Shown here piece after piece: positions 50,395-59,861 of a DNA stretch of 64,000 bases (its first letter is position 1; each line of letters starts with the position of its first letter). The notes under the pieces were generated by a model. It was given only the letters and a program-made list of their open reading frames with translations, made no database searches and had not been told where the DNA came from. The DNA is from Deferribacterales bacterium. Its GTDB lineage: Bacteria; Chrysiogenota; Deferribacteres; Deferribacterales; Geovibrionaceae. Location of the stretch: contig JBFWMA010000003.1 in the NCBI GenBank assembly GCA_050251875.1, positions 128,001 to 192,000 of the forward strand, written 5' to 3'. The translations under genes were made by a program, and so were the position numbers.

Positions 50395-51842
50395 TTTTTC
50401 CAGAATATAGGGGTGAAGAGAACCAGCACGGTGTAAATCTCCAGCCTGCCCAGAAGCATGGCGGCGCTGAGCGTCCACTTTACATACTGCGGGAAGAAGG
50501 CGAAATTTTCCGTGGGACCGATGAGACCGAAGCCGGGACCTATGTTGCCTATTGTTGTGAGCGCCGCTGTGAAGGATGTCAGGATATCAGCGCCGGATGT
50601 GACTGTGATGATAGTCACCAGAAGCACCATAGTGATGTATAGAAAGAAAAATCCGCTGATGGCGTATACGATGTTCTTTTTAACAGGCTGACCGTTGATG
50701 CGCAGGACGAAGACGGCTCTGGGGTGAACCAGATATTTCATTTCGTTCAGACCCTGCTTCAGCAGGGTGATTATACGGATGACCTTGATCCCGCCTCCGG
50801 TGGAACCGGAGCAGCCGCCCACGAACATCAGAAGAAACAGCATGATCTGAGCCAGATAGGGCCACTTCTCATAGTCGTCTGTGGCGAATCCGGTGGTAGT
50901 CATAAAGCTCGCCACCTGAAAAGAGGCGTAGCGGAAACTTGTCATGAATGTTCCGTATACTTCGCCTGTGAGCGACAGGGTGATTATCAGTGTCGCCGCC
51001 AGAAAGATCGTGATGTATGTCTTGAACTCGGAATCTATGAATATATTCTTGAATTTTCCTGTGAGAAAACGGAAATGCAGGGTGAAGTTGATGCCTGAGA
51101 GCACCATGAAAGTAGTGATGACGTAGTCAATATATGCCGAGTCGAACTCTTTTATGCTGGTGTTTTTGGTGGAGAACCCGCCTGTGGCTACAGTGGCGAA
51201 CGAATGGGAAACAGCGTCAAAAAGGCTCATTCCGCCGAATCTGAGCAGGACAATCTCCGTGACGGTAAAAAGCAGATAGATATACCACAGATATTTAGCC
51301 GTTTCCGTGATTCTGGGGGTTATCTTGTCCACGGTCGGTCCGGGCGCCTCTGCGGAGATGAGCTGCATGCCCCCGATGCCCAGCAGGGGCAGGATGGCGA
51401 CAGCCAGAACCACAATACCCATACCGCCGAGCCAGTGCGTCAGCGAGCGCCAGAAGAGGATGGATTTCGGCAGGGCTTCTATGTCTGTGATGATGGACGC
51501 TCCGGTGGTGGAGAGTCCTGATATGGTTTCGAATACCGCGTCCGCGAATGTCGGCACTACACCGGAGATAAAATATGGCAGAGCGCCCGCGAAAACAGCT
51601 CCTACCCAGCTCGCCGTCACCAGAACGAAGCCGTCTTTGGTACCCAGCGTCTGCGGTTTTTCATCTTTCAGCCAGAAGAGCATGACGGAGCATGCGGTGA
51701 TAAGCAGTATGCCGGAGGTGAAAAAAGCGGTGTAGGCTGTGTGTTCCTTAAAATAGAACCCCATGCCTCCGCACAGCAGGTGAAAAAGAGCGATGATCCC
51801 CTGCAGAATGGCTACTGTCTTTATTATCAGCTTTAAGTGCAT
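50391..51842 (-). CDS. trkH: Trk potassium uptake membrane protein TrkH
   Basis: SGLSTTGAS, WLGGMG, ATGGFS, TTTGF, GSTGGGIK, GNIGPG, GRLE. Confidence 0.95.
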   Translation of the reverse strand: MHLKLIIKTVAILQGIIALFHLLCGGMGFYFKEHTAYTAFFTSGILLITACSVMLFWLKDEKPQTLGTKDGFVLVTASWVGAVFAGALPYFISGVVPTFADAVFETISGLSTTGASIITDIEALPKSILFWRSLTHWLGGMGIVVLAVAILPLLGIGGMQLISAEAPGPTVDKITPRITETAKYLWYIYLLFTVTEIVLLRFGGMSLFDAVSHSFATVATGGFSTKNTSIKEFDSAYIDYVITTFMVLSGINFTLHFRFLTGKFKNIFIDSEFKTYITIFLAATLIITLSLTGEVYGTFMTSFRYASFQVASFMTTTGFATDDYEKWPYLAQIMLFLLMFVGGCSGSTGGGIKVIRIITLLKQGLNEMKYLVHPRAVFVLRINGQPVKKNIVYAISGFFFLYITMVLLVTIITVTSGADILTSFTAALTTIGNIGPGFGLIGPTENFAFFPQYVKWTLSAAMLLGRLEIYTVLVLFTPIFWKK

Positions 51843-51846
51843 AATG

Positions 51847-53190
51847 TTACTCTGAGAAGAACGACTGGAGGTTTTCCGATGTGTCTTCGGCTGAGAAGGT
51901 GATGGCTATATCATCGCCTTGCAGAACAAAATTACCATCGGGGATGATGTTCAGACCCTGTCTGGAAACCGCCAGAACCAGACTGCCTTTAGGAAGCCTG
52001 ATGTCTTTGATCGCCTTGTTTGCCACTTCCGCTTTTGGATGCACCAGAAACTCGGTGACCTCGGCCATGCCGTTGAATATTTTATAAACGCCCTTGATAG
52101 AGCCTTTTCTGATGTATTTCAGGATAGCGTTAACGGAGCTGACCTTCGGGCTGACAGTGGAGTCGATGCCCAGATCGTCCGCTATGGTGACATAGTTCAT
52201 TTTGTTCACCAGAGCTACCGCCCTGCGGATGCCTTTTGATTTTCCGTAGATAGCTGTGAGAATGTTCAGCTCTTCATTATGGGTGGTGGTGACTATGGCA
52301 TCGGCGGTGAACAGCTGTTCGTCATCGAAGATGCTCTCGTCTGAAACGTCTGCGTTCAGCACCAGAGCGCTGGGAAAATCCGCCGACAGTTTTTTGCAAA
52401 GCTCGTAGTCTTTGTCTATCACCTTTATGTTCTTGCCCTGTTTGGACAGCATGTCTATGACGTGGTAACCCACCTTGCCGCCGCCGAGGATGACGATGCT
52501 TTTCAGCTTTTTTGTCTGAATTCCGGCTTTTTTCAGGATCTGCACGAACCCTCTGGTGGTCGCCACGGTGAAGATGTGGTCTTTGTCTATCAGTACAGTG
52601 TTGCCGTCAGGGATGATGACCTCTTCGTCACGCATGATTCCGGCGACTATGAATTCTTCTTTCAGTTCTTTCTTTATCTGTTTCAGCGATTTATTTACGA
52701 AGAAGGAGTCCTCGTCCACGATGATGTCTCTGAGCTGAATATTGATGTCCTCGAACAGGAAAATATCGCTGGCTGCGCCGTGCTGAACAGTGGATGTGAT
52801 TGTTTTAGCGGCTTCTATCTCGGGGTTGACTACATAGTCCACGCCGTTGAGCCTGTTTCCGAACAGACGTGTTCTGGAATAGCTCACGTTGCGCACCCTG
52901 GCTATCTTCACGGGGACATCGAACTCGCTGGCTACTATGAAGCATGTGATCATGTTGACTTCGTCATAATCCGTGGCGCTGATGAATGCATCGGCGTTCG
53001 CTATGCCAGCCTCTTTCAGGATGGCTGGGTCTGTCGCCTCTCCCACCACCACAAGACAGTCCAGATGGGACGAGGCGTATTTCGCCCGTGTGGGGTTCTT
53101 TTCGATGAGAACAACGTCCTTGCCCTCTTCGATCAGGTTGGATGCTATATGAAATCCGACTTCGCCGGCTCCGGCGACTACTATTTTCAT
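51847..53190 (-). CDS. trkA: Trk potassium uptake regulatory subunit TrkA
   Basis: Two RCK NAD-binding motifs (GAGEVG, GGGKVG). Confidence 0.95.
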   Translation of the reverse strand: MKIVVAGAGEVGFHIASNLIEEGKDVVLIEKNPTRAKYASSHLDCLVVVGEATDPAILKEAGIANADAFISATDYDEVNMITCFIVASEFDVPVKIARVRNVSYSRTRLFGNRLNGVDYVVNPEIEAAKTITSTVQHGAASDIFLFEDINIQLRDIIVDEDSFFVNKSLKQIKKELKEEFIVAGIMRDEEVIIPDGNTVLIDKDHIFTVATTRGFVQILKKAGIQTKKLKSIVILGGGKVGYHVIDMLSKQGKNIKVIDKDYELCKKLSADFPSALVLNADVSDESIFDDEQLFTADAIVTTTHNEELNILTAIYGKSKGIRRAVALVNKMNYVTIADDLGIDSTVSPKVSSVNAILKYIRKGSIKGVYKIFNGMAEVTEFLVHPKAEVANKAIKDIRLPKGSLVLAVSRQGLNIIPDGNFVLQGDDIAITFSAEDTSENLQSFFSE

Positions 53191-53249
53191 GTGGGAAGAA
53201 TACTATATTACTGTTGATAACTCAATATAATTGTTTTAAGCTGAGCGCC

Positions 53250-54569
53250 ATGCTTAATGAGGATTTTCAAAGAAAATACAGCGGGATTTTCGGGGACAGG
53301 GCGGATGATTTTTTCGCCTCGCTCACCCGTGAGCGCTATAAACACATCAGAATAGCCCGCCGGGACGGCGCCGATTATCTGTCGGAGCTCGCTGAACAGG
53401 GCATACAGACCGAGAAGCTCACCGAAAACATATACCGTGTGACAGATGGCGAAGACAGGCTGACGAACACCATCGGTTTTCAGACCGGAGGGTTCTACAT
53501 CATGAATCCGTCATCCGTGCACACAGCCGATGTGTTCTGCTCGCTGATGCCGGAATATCCGTATATTCTGGACGTGTCCAGCGCCCCCGGCGGAAAGACA
53601 TGCGCCATAGCGGACAATCTGCGCAACCACTGCGCCATCATAGCCAACGAGCCCTCGAACAAGCGCCTCCGGTCGCTCCAGTATAATCTGGAGAAGTACG
53701 GAGCGTACAGTGTCCGCACCATCAGCATGGACGGGCGGAGTCTGCATAAATTCTTTGACGGTTTTTTTGACGGTATCCTGCTGGACGCTCCGTGCAGCAA
53801 CGAAAACAAGATAGGCAGAAACAAAACCGTGAACGCCGAATGGTCGCAGGAGCTGACAGAGAGAATGGCAAAACTCCAGAAGGAGATAGCTTCATCCGCC
53901 TTTCAGGGGTTAAAGCCCGGCGGGGTGATGGTCTACTCCACCTGTACTTTCTCCATAGAGGAGAACGAAGAGGTGGTTAGACACCTGCTGGATACACAGG
54001 ACTGCGAGCTGGCGGATATCAACGGCGGCGAAAACATAAAAGGCATCAGCGGCGACAGAGAGGTGGACGACAAGGTAGTCCGTTTCCTGCCGCATTTAGA
54101 CGAATATGACGGTTTTTTCATAGCCGCCATCAGAAAAAAGGGAGCGCCCTCCACAGGCGGAACCTATACCACATTCAAAAAAACTCCTGAAACAGATAAA
54201 TTCTTCACAGATTTTCCAGACTGCGCCGAGATTTATGAAAAAGGCGGGTCATTCTACCTTACCACCCGCATGGACAGATGCGTCAACTTCAGCAAGAACG
54301 GAATCATGCTGTTCAAACGTCCCGGAGAGCTGACCTCCCAGGCTCTGTGGCAGCTCGGCTCTGTGATGGATAAAGACATGATAACTAAAGTTTCTTACGA
54401 AGACGCCCAGCGTTATATGAAAGGATTTGACATTGATATGCCCTCTGATTATCATGGCAATTCCATATATTACGATACATTGCCTGTGGGCATGGTGAAA
54501 AGTGTTCAGGGCATGCTGAAAAACAAACTGGATCGTTATTTCTTATACGGAAAAAATATTGAATGGTAG
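53250..54569 (+). CDS. RsmB/NOP family rRNA m5C methyltransferase (RsmF-like)
   Basis: SAPGGKT, LLDAPCS, VYSTCT...EENE; start placed at ATG 53250. Confidence 0.88.
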   Translation: MLNEDFQRKYSGIFGDRADDFFASLTRERYKHIRIARRDGADYLSELAEQGIQTEKLTENIYRVTDGEDRLTNTIGFQTGGFYIMNPSSVHTADVFCSLMPEYPYILDVSSAPGGKTCAIADNLRNHCAIIANEPSNKRLRSLQYNLEKYGAYSVRTISMDGRSLHKFFDGFFDGILLDAPCSNENKIGRNKTVNAEWSQELTERMAKLQKEIASSAFQGLKPGGVMVYSTCTFSIEENEEVVRHLLDTQDCELADINGGENIKGISGDREVDDKVVRFLPHLDEYDGFFIAAIRKKGAPSTGGTYTTFKKTPETDKFFTDFPDCAEIYEKGGSFYLTTRMDRCVNFSKNGIMLFKRPGELTSQALWQLGSVMDKDMITKVSYEDAQRYMKGFDIDMPSDYHGNSIYYDTLPVGMVKSVQGMLKNKLDRYFLYGKNIEW

Positions 54570-54573
54570 GCAG

Positions 54574-56031
54574 ATGAAAACATTATCCGTCCTCTTTCTG
54601 ATTCTCTTAACTTATTCCTCTTACGCTTCAATTCTGAATATTTCGTCTCAACCGGGGGATGTCTTCAACGCCGTGGTGGTGGAGAAGGACAAGAAAAAAC
54701 TCCATGTGGTGAAGGTGACCGGAGAGGGAGTGACCGTTCTGAAGAGCGTCACTGTTCTGACCGGCAAGGCAAAGGGAGACAAACAGGTGTCCGGTGACGA
54801 AAAGACACCCGAGGGGCTCTACCGTGTGATGGGCTTTCTCTCGCACAACAGACTGAAAGAGATGTACGGAGACGCCTCAAAACTGTACGGATACGGCGCC
54901 TATCCCCTGAACTATCCCAACTCTCTGGACAACCTGAAGGGAAAGACAGGCGGCGGAATATGGCTGCACGGTGTGGAAGACAACAGAAAAGATCCCGCCA
55001 CCAAAGGATGTGTGGCTTTTGATAACGACAATGTAAAGGAAGTGGGCGGATATCTGTCCAAAGGCACTCCGGTTATAATCACTTCCAGCGCCATAGAAGG
55101 CTCAGCAGACAAATATCACAGGCTGTTTCAGGATGCCAGACAGATGGTTCTGAAATATCTGGAATCATGGCAGAACAACGATTTCAAAGGTTTCAGCAAG
55201 GCATACAGCAAAGATTTTAAAGCCCGTGACGGAAAGAGACTGCCGGCATATCTGAATTATAAAAAGAATCTGATGGATCTCTATCCCAACAGAAAAATAG
55301 CGGCTGATAAATTCAGGGTTTTTTATGAATCCGAGGACGAAGCCGTGGTAGAGTTTAATCAGTATTACTCGGCGGACAACATAACAGCTTTCGGGCGAAA
55401 AACCCTCTACCTGAAAAAAGAGGACGGCGCTATGCGCATCATCGCCGAAGATTTCGAACAGACCAAAGGATGGGATGTGAAATCTGATATGGAGGTCGCC
55501 AAAGCTGATATCAGAGAACCGGAGACAGAGAAAACTCCGGCGCCTGTGAAAGAAACCGCCAAAACGCCCGTAAAAGAACATGTTAAGGAAACGGCTAAAG
55601 AACCTGTGAAAGAACCTGTTAAGGAACAGGTAAAACCAGCTGTCCCCGCAAAACCCGTGGAAGTGGTGATAGAGGACAATACGGCGGATATATCAAAAGA
55701 GATCAACGGATTTCTCGTGTCATGGAAACAGGCATGGGAATCCAGAAACATAGACAGCTATATCGCTCTTTACGGAGAGGGATTCAAAAGCGTGGGCATG
55801 AACAGAGCGGCGTGGAAAAAGGACAAAGCGAAGAAATTCGCCTCGCTCGGCAGTGTCCGTGTGGAGCTGGACGACATAAAAATAGAGATACTCAGCCCCG
55901 AAAGGTTTGAGGTGACATTCACACAGAAATACAGCGGAGACGCATACAGTGATAAAGGCATTAAAACACTCAGGCTCGACAGCAGTAAGGGTGAAATGCG
56001 AATAATATCCGAACAGTGGAGAGCCGAATGA
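54574..56031 (+). CDS. YkuD-family L,D-carboxypeptidase/transpeptidase with two NTF2-like domains (Csd6/Pgp2/Bd1075-like)
   Basis: Signal peptide; GDEKTPEG, YPN..D...KTGGGIWLHG...TKGC; two W..SW..Y...F.Q.Y..G.KTL..II.E domains separated by a PVKE linker. Confidence 0.82.
   Translation: MKTLSVLFLILLTYSSYASILNISSQPGDVFNAVVVEKDKKKLHVVKVTGEGVTVLKSVTVLTGKAKGDKQVSGDEKTPEGLYRVMGFLSHNRLKEMYGDASKLYGYGAYPLNYPNSLDNLKGKTGGGIWLHGVEDNRKDPATKGCVAFDNDNVKEVGGYLSKGTPVIITSSAIEGSADKYHRLFQDARQMVLKYLESWQNNDFKGFSKAYSKDFKARDGKRLPAYLNYKKNLMDLYPNRKIAADKFRVFYESEDEAVVEFNQYYSADNITAFGRKTLYLKKEDGAMRIIAEDFEQTKGWDVKSDMEVAKADIREPETEKTPAPVKETAKTPVKEHVKETAKEPVKEPVKEQVKPAVPAKPVEVVIEDNTADISKEINGFLVSWKQAWESRNIDSYIALYGEGFKSVGMNRAAWKKDKAKKFASLGSVRVELDDIKIEILSPERFEVTFTQKYSGDAYSDKGIKTLRLDSSKGEMRIISEQWRAE
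55543..55640 (+). repeat. Degenerate 12-bp tandem repeat encoding a PVKE/TAKE linker
   Basis: CCTGTGAAAGAA, CCCGTAAAAGAA and CCTGTTAAGGAA units. Confidence 0.7.
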
Positions 56032-57509
56032 AAAGACTGATCATACTGGCGCTGGTTCTGACGGCCCTGACAGGGTTCACGCAGGAACGCCCCTATACCA
56101 AAATGGAGACGTACTTTAAAGGAACCAACTATGAGCTGAGCGTTTACCGGATATACGGACGCAAAGACGGGAACACCATGCTTGTTATAGGCGGTATTCA
56201 GGGTGACGAGCCGGGCGGTTTTCTGTCCGCCGACCTGTACTCCGACCTGCATCTGGAACAGGGAAACCTGATAGTGATCCCCAGAGCCAATTTTAAATCC
56301 GTGATACTCTACGACAGAGGACCGGACGGCGACATGAACCGCCGTTTTCTGGATGAGCCGGAGGCTGTGGAGATGGACAAGGTAGTGTCCGTGGTGAAGA
56401 GGCTGATGAGCGAATCAGACGTTTTTCTTAATCTGCACGATGGATGGGGATACCATAACCCTGTGTATATAGACAGCAACAGAAACCCGAAAAAATTCGG
56501 ACAGTCCATAATCACGGACGCCGACACATATAAATGTGAAAACGGAAAGGTGCTCGACCTGAACACTCCCGCCAATAAAGCCATGGCGGAGGTGAACAGA
56601 AAGATAAACGATGACAGATATTCTCTGCATTATTTCAACACAGATACGGCAAACCCGAACACTCCGTTCAGCGACATGAGAAAGACTGCCACCTATTACG
56701 CCCTGCGTAAATACTGCATCCCGGCATACGGTATCGAGTCTTCAAAGAATCTGCCCACCAACGAGATGAAGGTGCTTCACCATAACTATGCCGTGAACGA
56801 GTTCATGAAAATATACGGAATCGTTCCTGAGGTTCCGGCAGTTATAATAGAGAAACCCTCGCTGGACTTCATGATGATAAACGTTAACGGCGAACCTATA
56901 AAGGTGAAAAAGAACGGCACATTGAAAATAAAATCCGGCGATGTGTGCGAGATAACCCATATCGAGTCGAACTATGAGAGGGGCATATCAGCTGACCTGA
57001 TAGGATACGGCACGCTGAATGATATGAACTCAAAATTCTCCGTCAAGCGCGATGGCGTTATAGTGGTGCGCAAGGACAGCAGAAAGATAGGTATAATCAA
57101 CATAGACGTGGATAAACAGCAGACAGCGGCTGTTGCTAAGCCCGAGCCCAAACAGGAACCAAAACAGGAGCCTGTTGCGCAGGCAGACGGATACAGCATA
57201 CTGCTCATCCACAACGGTGTAAAGAAACTGGTACCCGAAAACACAGTGTATGATGTGAAAACAGATGATAAGGTAGAGCTGAAAGCTCTGGTTTCAGGCA
57301 CTCAGGAACTGAGTTACAAGATCAACCTGAAAGGCTATGTTGCTCCGAACGTAGTGAATAACGATGGTGATGACAGAAACATAGAAATAGACATGAATCC
57401 GAAGAGGTTCATGACAAAATATGCCGAAGATGACGCCAAGAAGATGTATCCCGTGGTTGTCGGCTCCACAGGCAGCGAGATAGCCAAATTCTGGCTGAGG
57501 ATGAAGTGA
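56028..57509 (+). CDS. M14/M99 D,L-carboxypeptidase (Csd4/Pgp1-like)
   Basis: Signal peptide; GGIQGDEPGGF (Gln in place of the first Zn-binding His), GDMNRRF, LNLHDG, GIESSK; ATGA overlap with the upstream gene. Confidence 0.82.
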   Translation: MKRLIILALVLTALTGFTQERPYTKMETYFKGTNYELSVYRIYGRKDGNTMLVIGGIQGDEPGGFLSADLYSDLHLEQGNLIVIPRANFKSVILYDRGPDGDMNRRFLDEPEAVEMDKVVSVVKRLMSESDVFLNLHDGWGYHNPVYIDSNRNPKKFGQSIITDADTYKCENGKVLDLNTPANKAMAEVNRKINDDRYSLHYFNTDTANPNTPFSDMRKTATYYALRKYCIPAYGIESSKNLPTNEMKVLHHNYAVNEFMKIYGIVPEVPAVIIEKPSLDFMMINVNGEPIKVKKNGTLKIKSGDVCEITHIESNYERGISADLIGYGTLNDMNSKFSVKRDGVIVVRKDSRKIGIINIDVDKQQTAAVAKPEPKQEPKQEPVAQADGYSILLIHNGVKKLVPENTVYDVKTDDKVELKALVSGTQELSYKINLKGYVAPNVVNNDGDDRNIEIDMNPKRFMTKYAEDDAKKMYPVVVGSTGSEIAKFWLRMK

Positions 57510-57778
57510 GGCGTGTAACCGCCACAGTCAGAGGACGAGTGCAGGGTGTCGGATACAGAGCGTCCGTACACCGCAGGATATGTATGCTGAATGTGACCGG
57601 ATATGTGCGCAACCTGCCGGACGGCACTGTTGAGCTGGATATTCAGGGGCATGAGGCGGATGTGGAGGAGGCGCTGGAGATAGCGCATGACGGCTCGCCG
57701 TTCTCTTCCGTGGACAGTGTGGACACCCGTGATATGGCGCTGTCTGATCTGCATACCGGTTTTGTAATCAAAAAGTAA
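57506..57778 (+). CDS. acyP: Acylphosphatase
   Basis: GRVQGVGYR, GYVRNLPDGTVE; GTGA overlap. Confidence 0.9.
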   Translation: MRRVTATVRGRVQGVGYRASVHRRICMLNVTGYVRNLPDGTVELDIQGHEADVEEALEIAHDGSPFSSVDSVDTRDMALSDLHTGFVIKK

Positions 57779-57822
57779 ATTCCGCTATTGCGGACTTATA
57801 AAAAAGAGTATATATAGAAATT

Positions 57823-57895
57823 ACCGTGGGGGTGCCCCAGAGGCTGAGAGAGTCCCCTAAGACCTGATTCGGGTAATGCCGGCGTAGGGAACGGT
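57823..57895 (+). ncRNA. TPP riboswitch aptamer
   Basis: GGGGTGC...GGCTGAGA...CCC...GACCTGAT.CGGGTAATGCCGGCGTAGGGA, P1 ACCGT/ACGGT; upstream of thiC. Confidence 0.95.
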
Positions 57896-57925
57896 TTCTG
57901 GTTTTATATATTAGAAACTATCATA

Positions 57926-57963
57926 CCCCGTCTCAGGTTTTTCGCCTCAGACGGGTTTTTTTT
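57926..57963 (+). terminator. Riboswitch expression platform (intrinsic terminator)
   Basis: CCCGTCT-C-AGG...CCT-C-AGACGGG followed by T8, before the thiC RBS. Confidence 0.85.
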
Positions 57964-57981
57964 GTTTATAAGGAGATGCGC

Positions 57982-59247
57982 ATGACACAGCTTGAAGCCG
58001 CTAAGAAAGGAATAATCACACCGGAAATGGCAAAAGTAGCCAAAGATGAACTGATAGATGAAAAGGAGCTGATGACCCTCATCGCCGAAGGCAAGGTCGT
58101 TATCCCCAAAAACGTTAACAGAAATTTCGATGTCAGAGGTATCGGCAAAAAGCTGAAAACCAAAGTGAACGCAAACATAGGCACATCCGGCGACTGCCCT
58201 TTTCTGGATGTTGAGATCAAAAAACTTCAGGCGGCTGTGAAAGCCGGCGCTGACAGTATCATGGATCTCTCCACAGGGGGCGATCTGAACCTGATCCGCC
58301 GTGAGATAGAGAAGAACTGCCCCGTAATGCTGGGCACAGTACCGATATATGCCGTGGCGGCAGAGCTCGCCATGCAAGACATGACCACAGACAACATAGA
58401 TGAGGAAGTGCTGCTGAGAAACATAGAGAACCAGTGCCGTGAAGGCGTGGACTACATCACCGTTCACTGCGGAATCACCAGAGAATCCGTAGCCAGAATG
58501 GACAACAGCGACAGAGTATGCGGCATAGTATCAAGAGGCGGATCGATCCTCGCCGACTGGATACGCAAGAACGGACGTGAAAACCCCCTGTTCGAATATT
58601 ATGACGATCTTCTTAAAATAGCTTATAAATATGACGTAACACTCAGCCTCGGTGACGGATTCCGTCCCGGAGCCACAGCGGACGCCACCGACAGACCCCA
58701 GATAGACGAGCTGATTATTCTGGGCGAGCTGGCTAAACGTGCTCAGGAGAAGAATGTTCAGGTGATGATAGAAGGTCCCGGACACGTTCCGCTGAACCAG
58801 ATAGCCGCCAACATGATACTCCAGAAAAGACTGTGCAATGATGCACCCTTCTACATACTCGGACCCCTGCCCACCGACTGCGGAGCAGGATACGACCACA
58901 TAACCAGCGCCATCGGAGGCGCCATAGCCGGAGCTGCCGGAGCGGATTTCCTCTGTTATGTAACACCCGCCGAGCACCTCTGTCTGCCCGATGAAAACGA
59001 CGTCTATCAGGGCGTTATGGCATCCCGCATCGCCGGTCACATCGCCGACATGGAGAAGGGAGTGCCCGGAGCCTGGGAGCGCAATGTTCAGATGAGCATC
59101 GCCAGAAAGGAGCTGGACTGGGAGAAACAGTTCGAGCTTGCGCTTGACCCTGAAACAGCAAGAAGCAGATTCCAGCGCAACAAGGAGTTCGACTCATGCT
59201 CCATGTGCGGAAAACTCTGCGCCGTAAAAATAGATAAGAGAAAATGA
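57982..59247 (+). CDS. thiC: Phosphomethylpyrimidine synthase ThiC (short form)
   Basis: KVNANIGTS, MDLSTGG, SRGGS, EGPGHVP, CYVTPAEHL, CSMCGKLC. Confidence 0.95.
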   Translation: MTQLEAAKKGIITPEMAKVAKDELIDEKELMTLIAEGKVVIPKNVNRNFDVRGIGKKLKTKVNANIGTSGDCPFLDVEIKKLQAAVKAGADSIMDLSTGGDLNLIRREIEKNCPVMLGTVPIYAVAAELAMQDMTTDNIDEEVLLRNIENQCREGVDYITVHCGITRESVARMDNSDRVCGIVSRGGSILADWIRKNGRENPLFEYYDDLLKIAYKYDVTLSLGDGFRPGATADATDRPQIDELIILGELAKRAQEKNVQVMIEGPGHVPLNQIAANMILQKRLCNDAPFYILGPLPTDCGAGYDHITSAIGGAIAGAAGADFLCYVTPAEHLCLPDENDVYQGVMASRIAGHIADMEKGVPGAWERNVQMSIARKELDWEKQFELALDPETARSRFQRNKEFDSCSMCGKLCAVKIDKRK

Positions 59248-59861
59248 CAAAAGACATACTGAAACTCTACCTTGTGTTAGAGACAAAAATGCTGAAAGTG
59301 CCGCTGGGTGATTTCGTCACCTCCGTGATAAAAAACGGCGTGACAGCCATCCAGCTCAGAGACAAGGGAATGACCGCCAGAGAACAGTTCGAGACCGGAG
59401 AATATCTGGTGAAACTGCTGGCCGGAACAGGAGTTCTCTTCGTGATGAACGACAGAATAGATCTTGCCCGTGCCGTGGGCTGCAGAGTTGTGCATCTCGG
59501 TGTGAAGGATATACCGCTTCTGGCGGCGAAAAAAGCCTTTCCCGATATGGTGTACGGCTATTCATGCAACGATGAGAACGATATAGCGATGGCAAAATAC
59601 GCCGACTACATAGGCGTGGGTCCCGCATTCATGACTAATACGAAGAAAGACCTTCGTCCGGTCATCGGTCCGGCGGACATAGCAAAACTGATAAAAAGAA
59701 CCGGCAAGCCGGCGGTGGCGATAGGCGGTATAAATGAAGAGAACATCTCACAGCTGAAAGGCACAGGCATAGCCGGTGTGGCTGTGTCGTCTCACATATG
59801 CGCCGCGTCCAATCCCGCCAGAGCGGCTGCCAGAATGAGAGAGCTGGTAGAAAAACTATGA
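59244..59861 (+). CDS. thiE: Thiamine phosphate synthase
   Basis: IQLRDK, MNDRIDLA, VHLG, TNTKKD, AIGGI. Confidence 0.93.
   Translation: MTKDILKLYLVLETKMLKVPLGDFVTSVIKNGVTAIQLRDKGMTAREQFETGEYLVKLLAGTGVLFVMNDRIDLARAVGCRVVHLGVKDIPLLAAKKAFPDMVYGYSCNDENDIAMAKYADYIGVGPAFMTNTKKDLRPVIGPADIAKLIKRTGKPAVAIGGINEENISQLKGTGIAGVAVSSHICAASNPARAAARMRELVEKL

Noticed and set aside
50395..50478. N-terminal extension of hypF in the ORF track (similar extensions for Sir2, RsmF-like, thiL, der, mutT)
   Set aside because: The extensions overlap neighbouring genes, promoters or terminators; downstream ATGs fit family N-termini and coupling patterns.
57982..59247. Possible BzaA/B/F (cobalamin lower-ligand) paralogue rather than ThiC
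   Set aside because: The TPP riboswitch and thiE/thiL context support ThiC.
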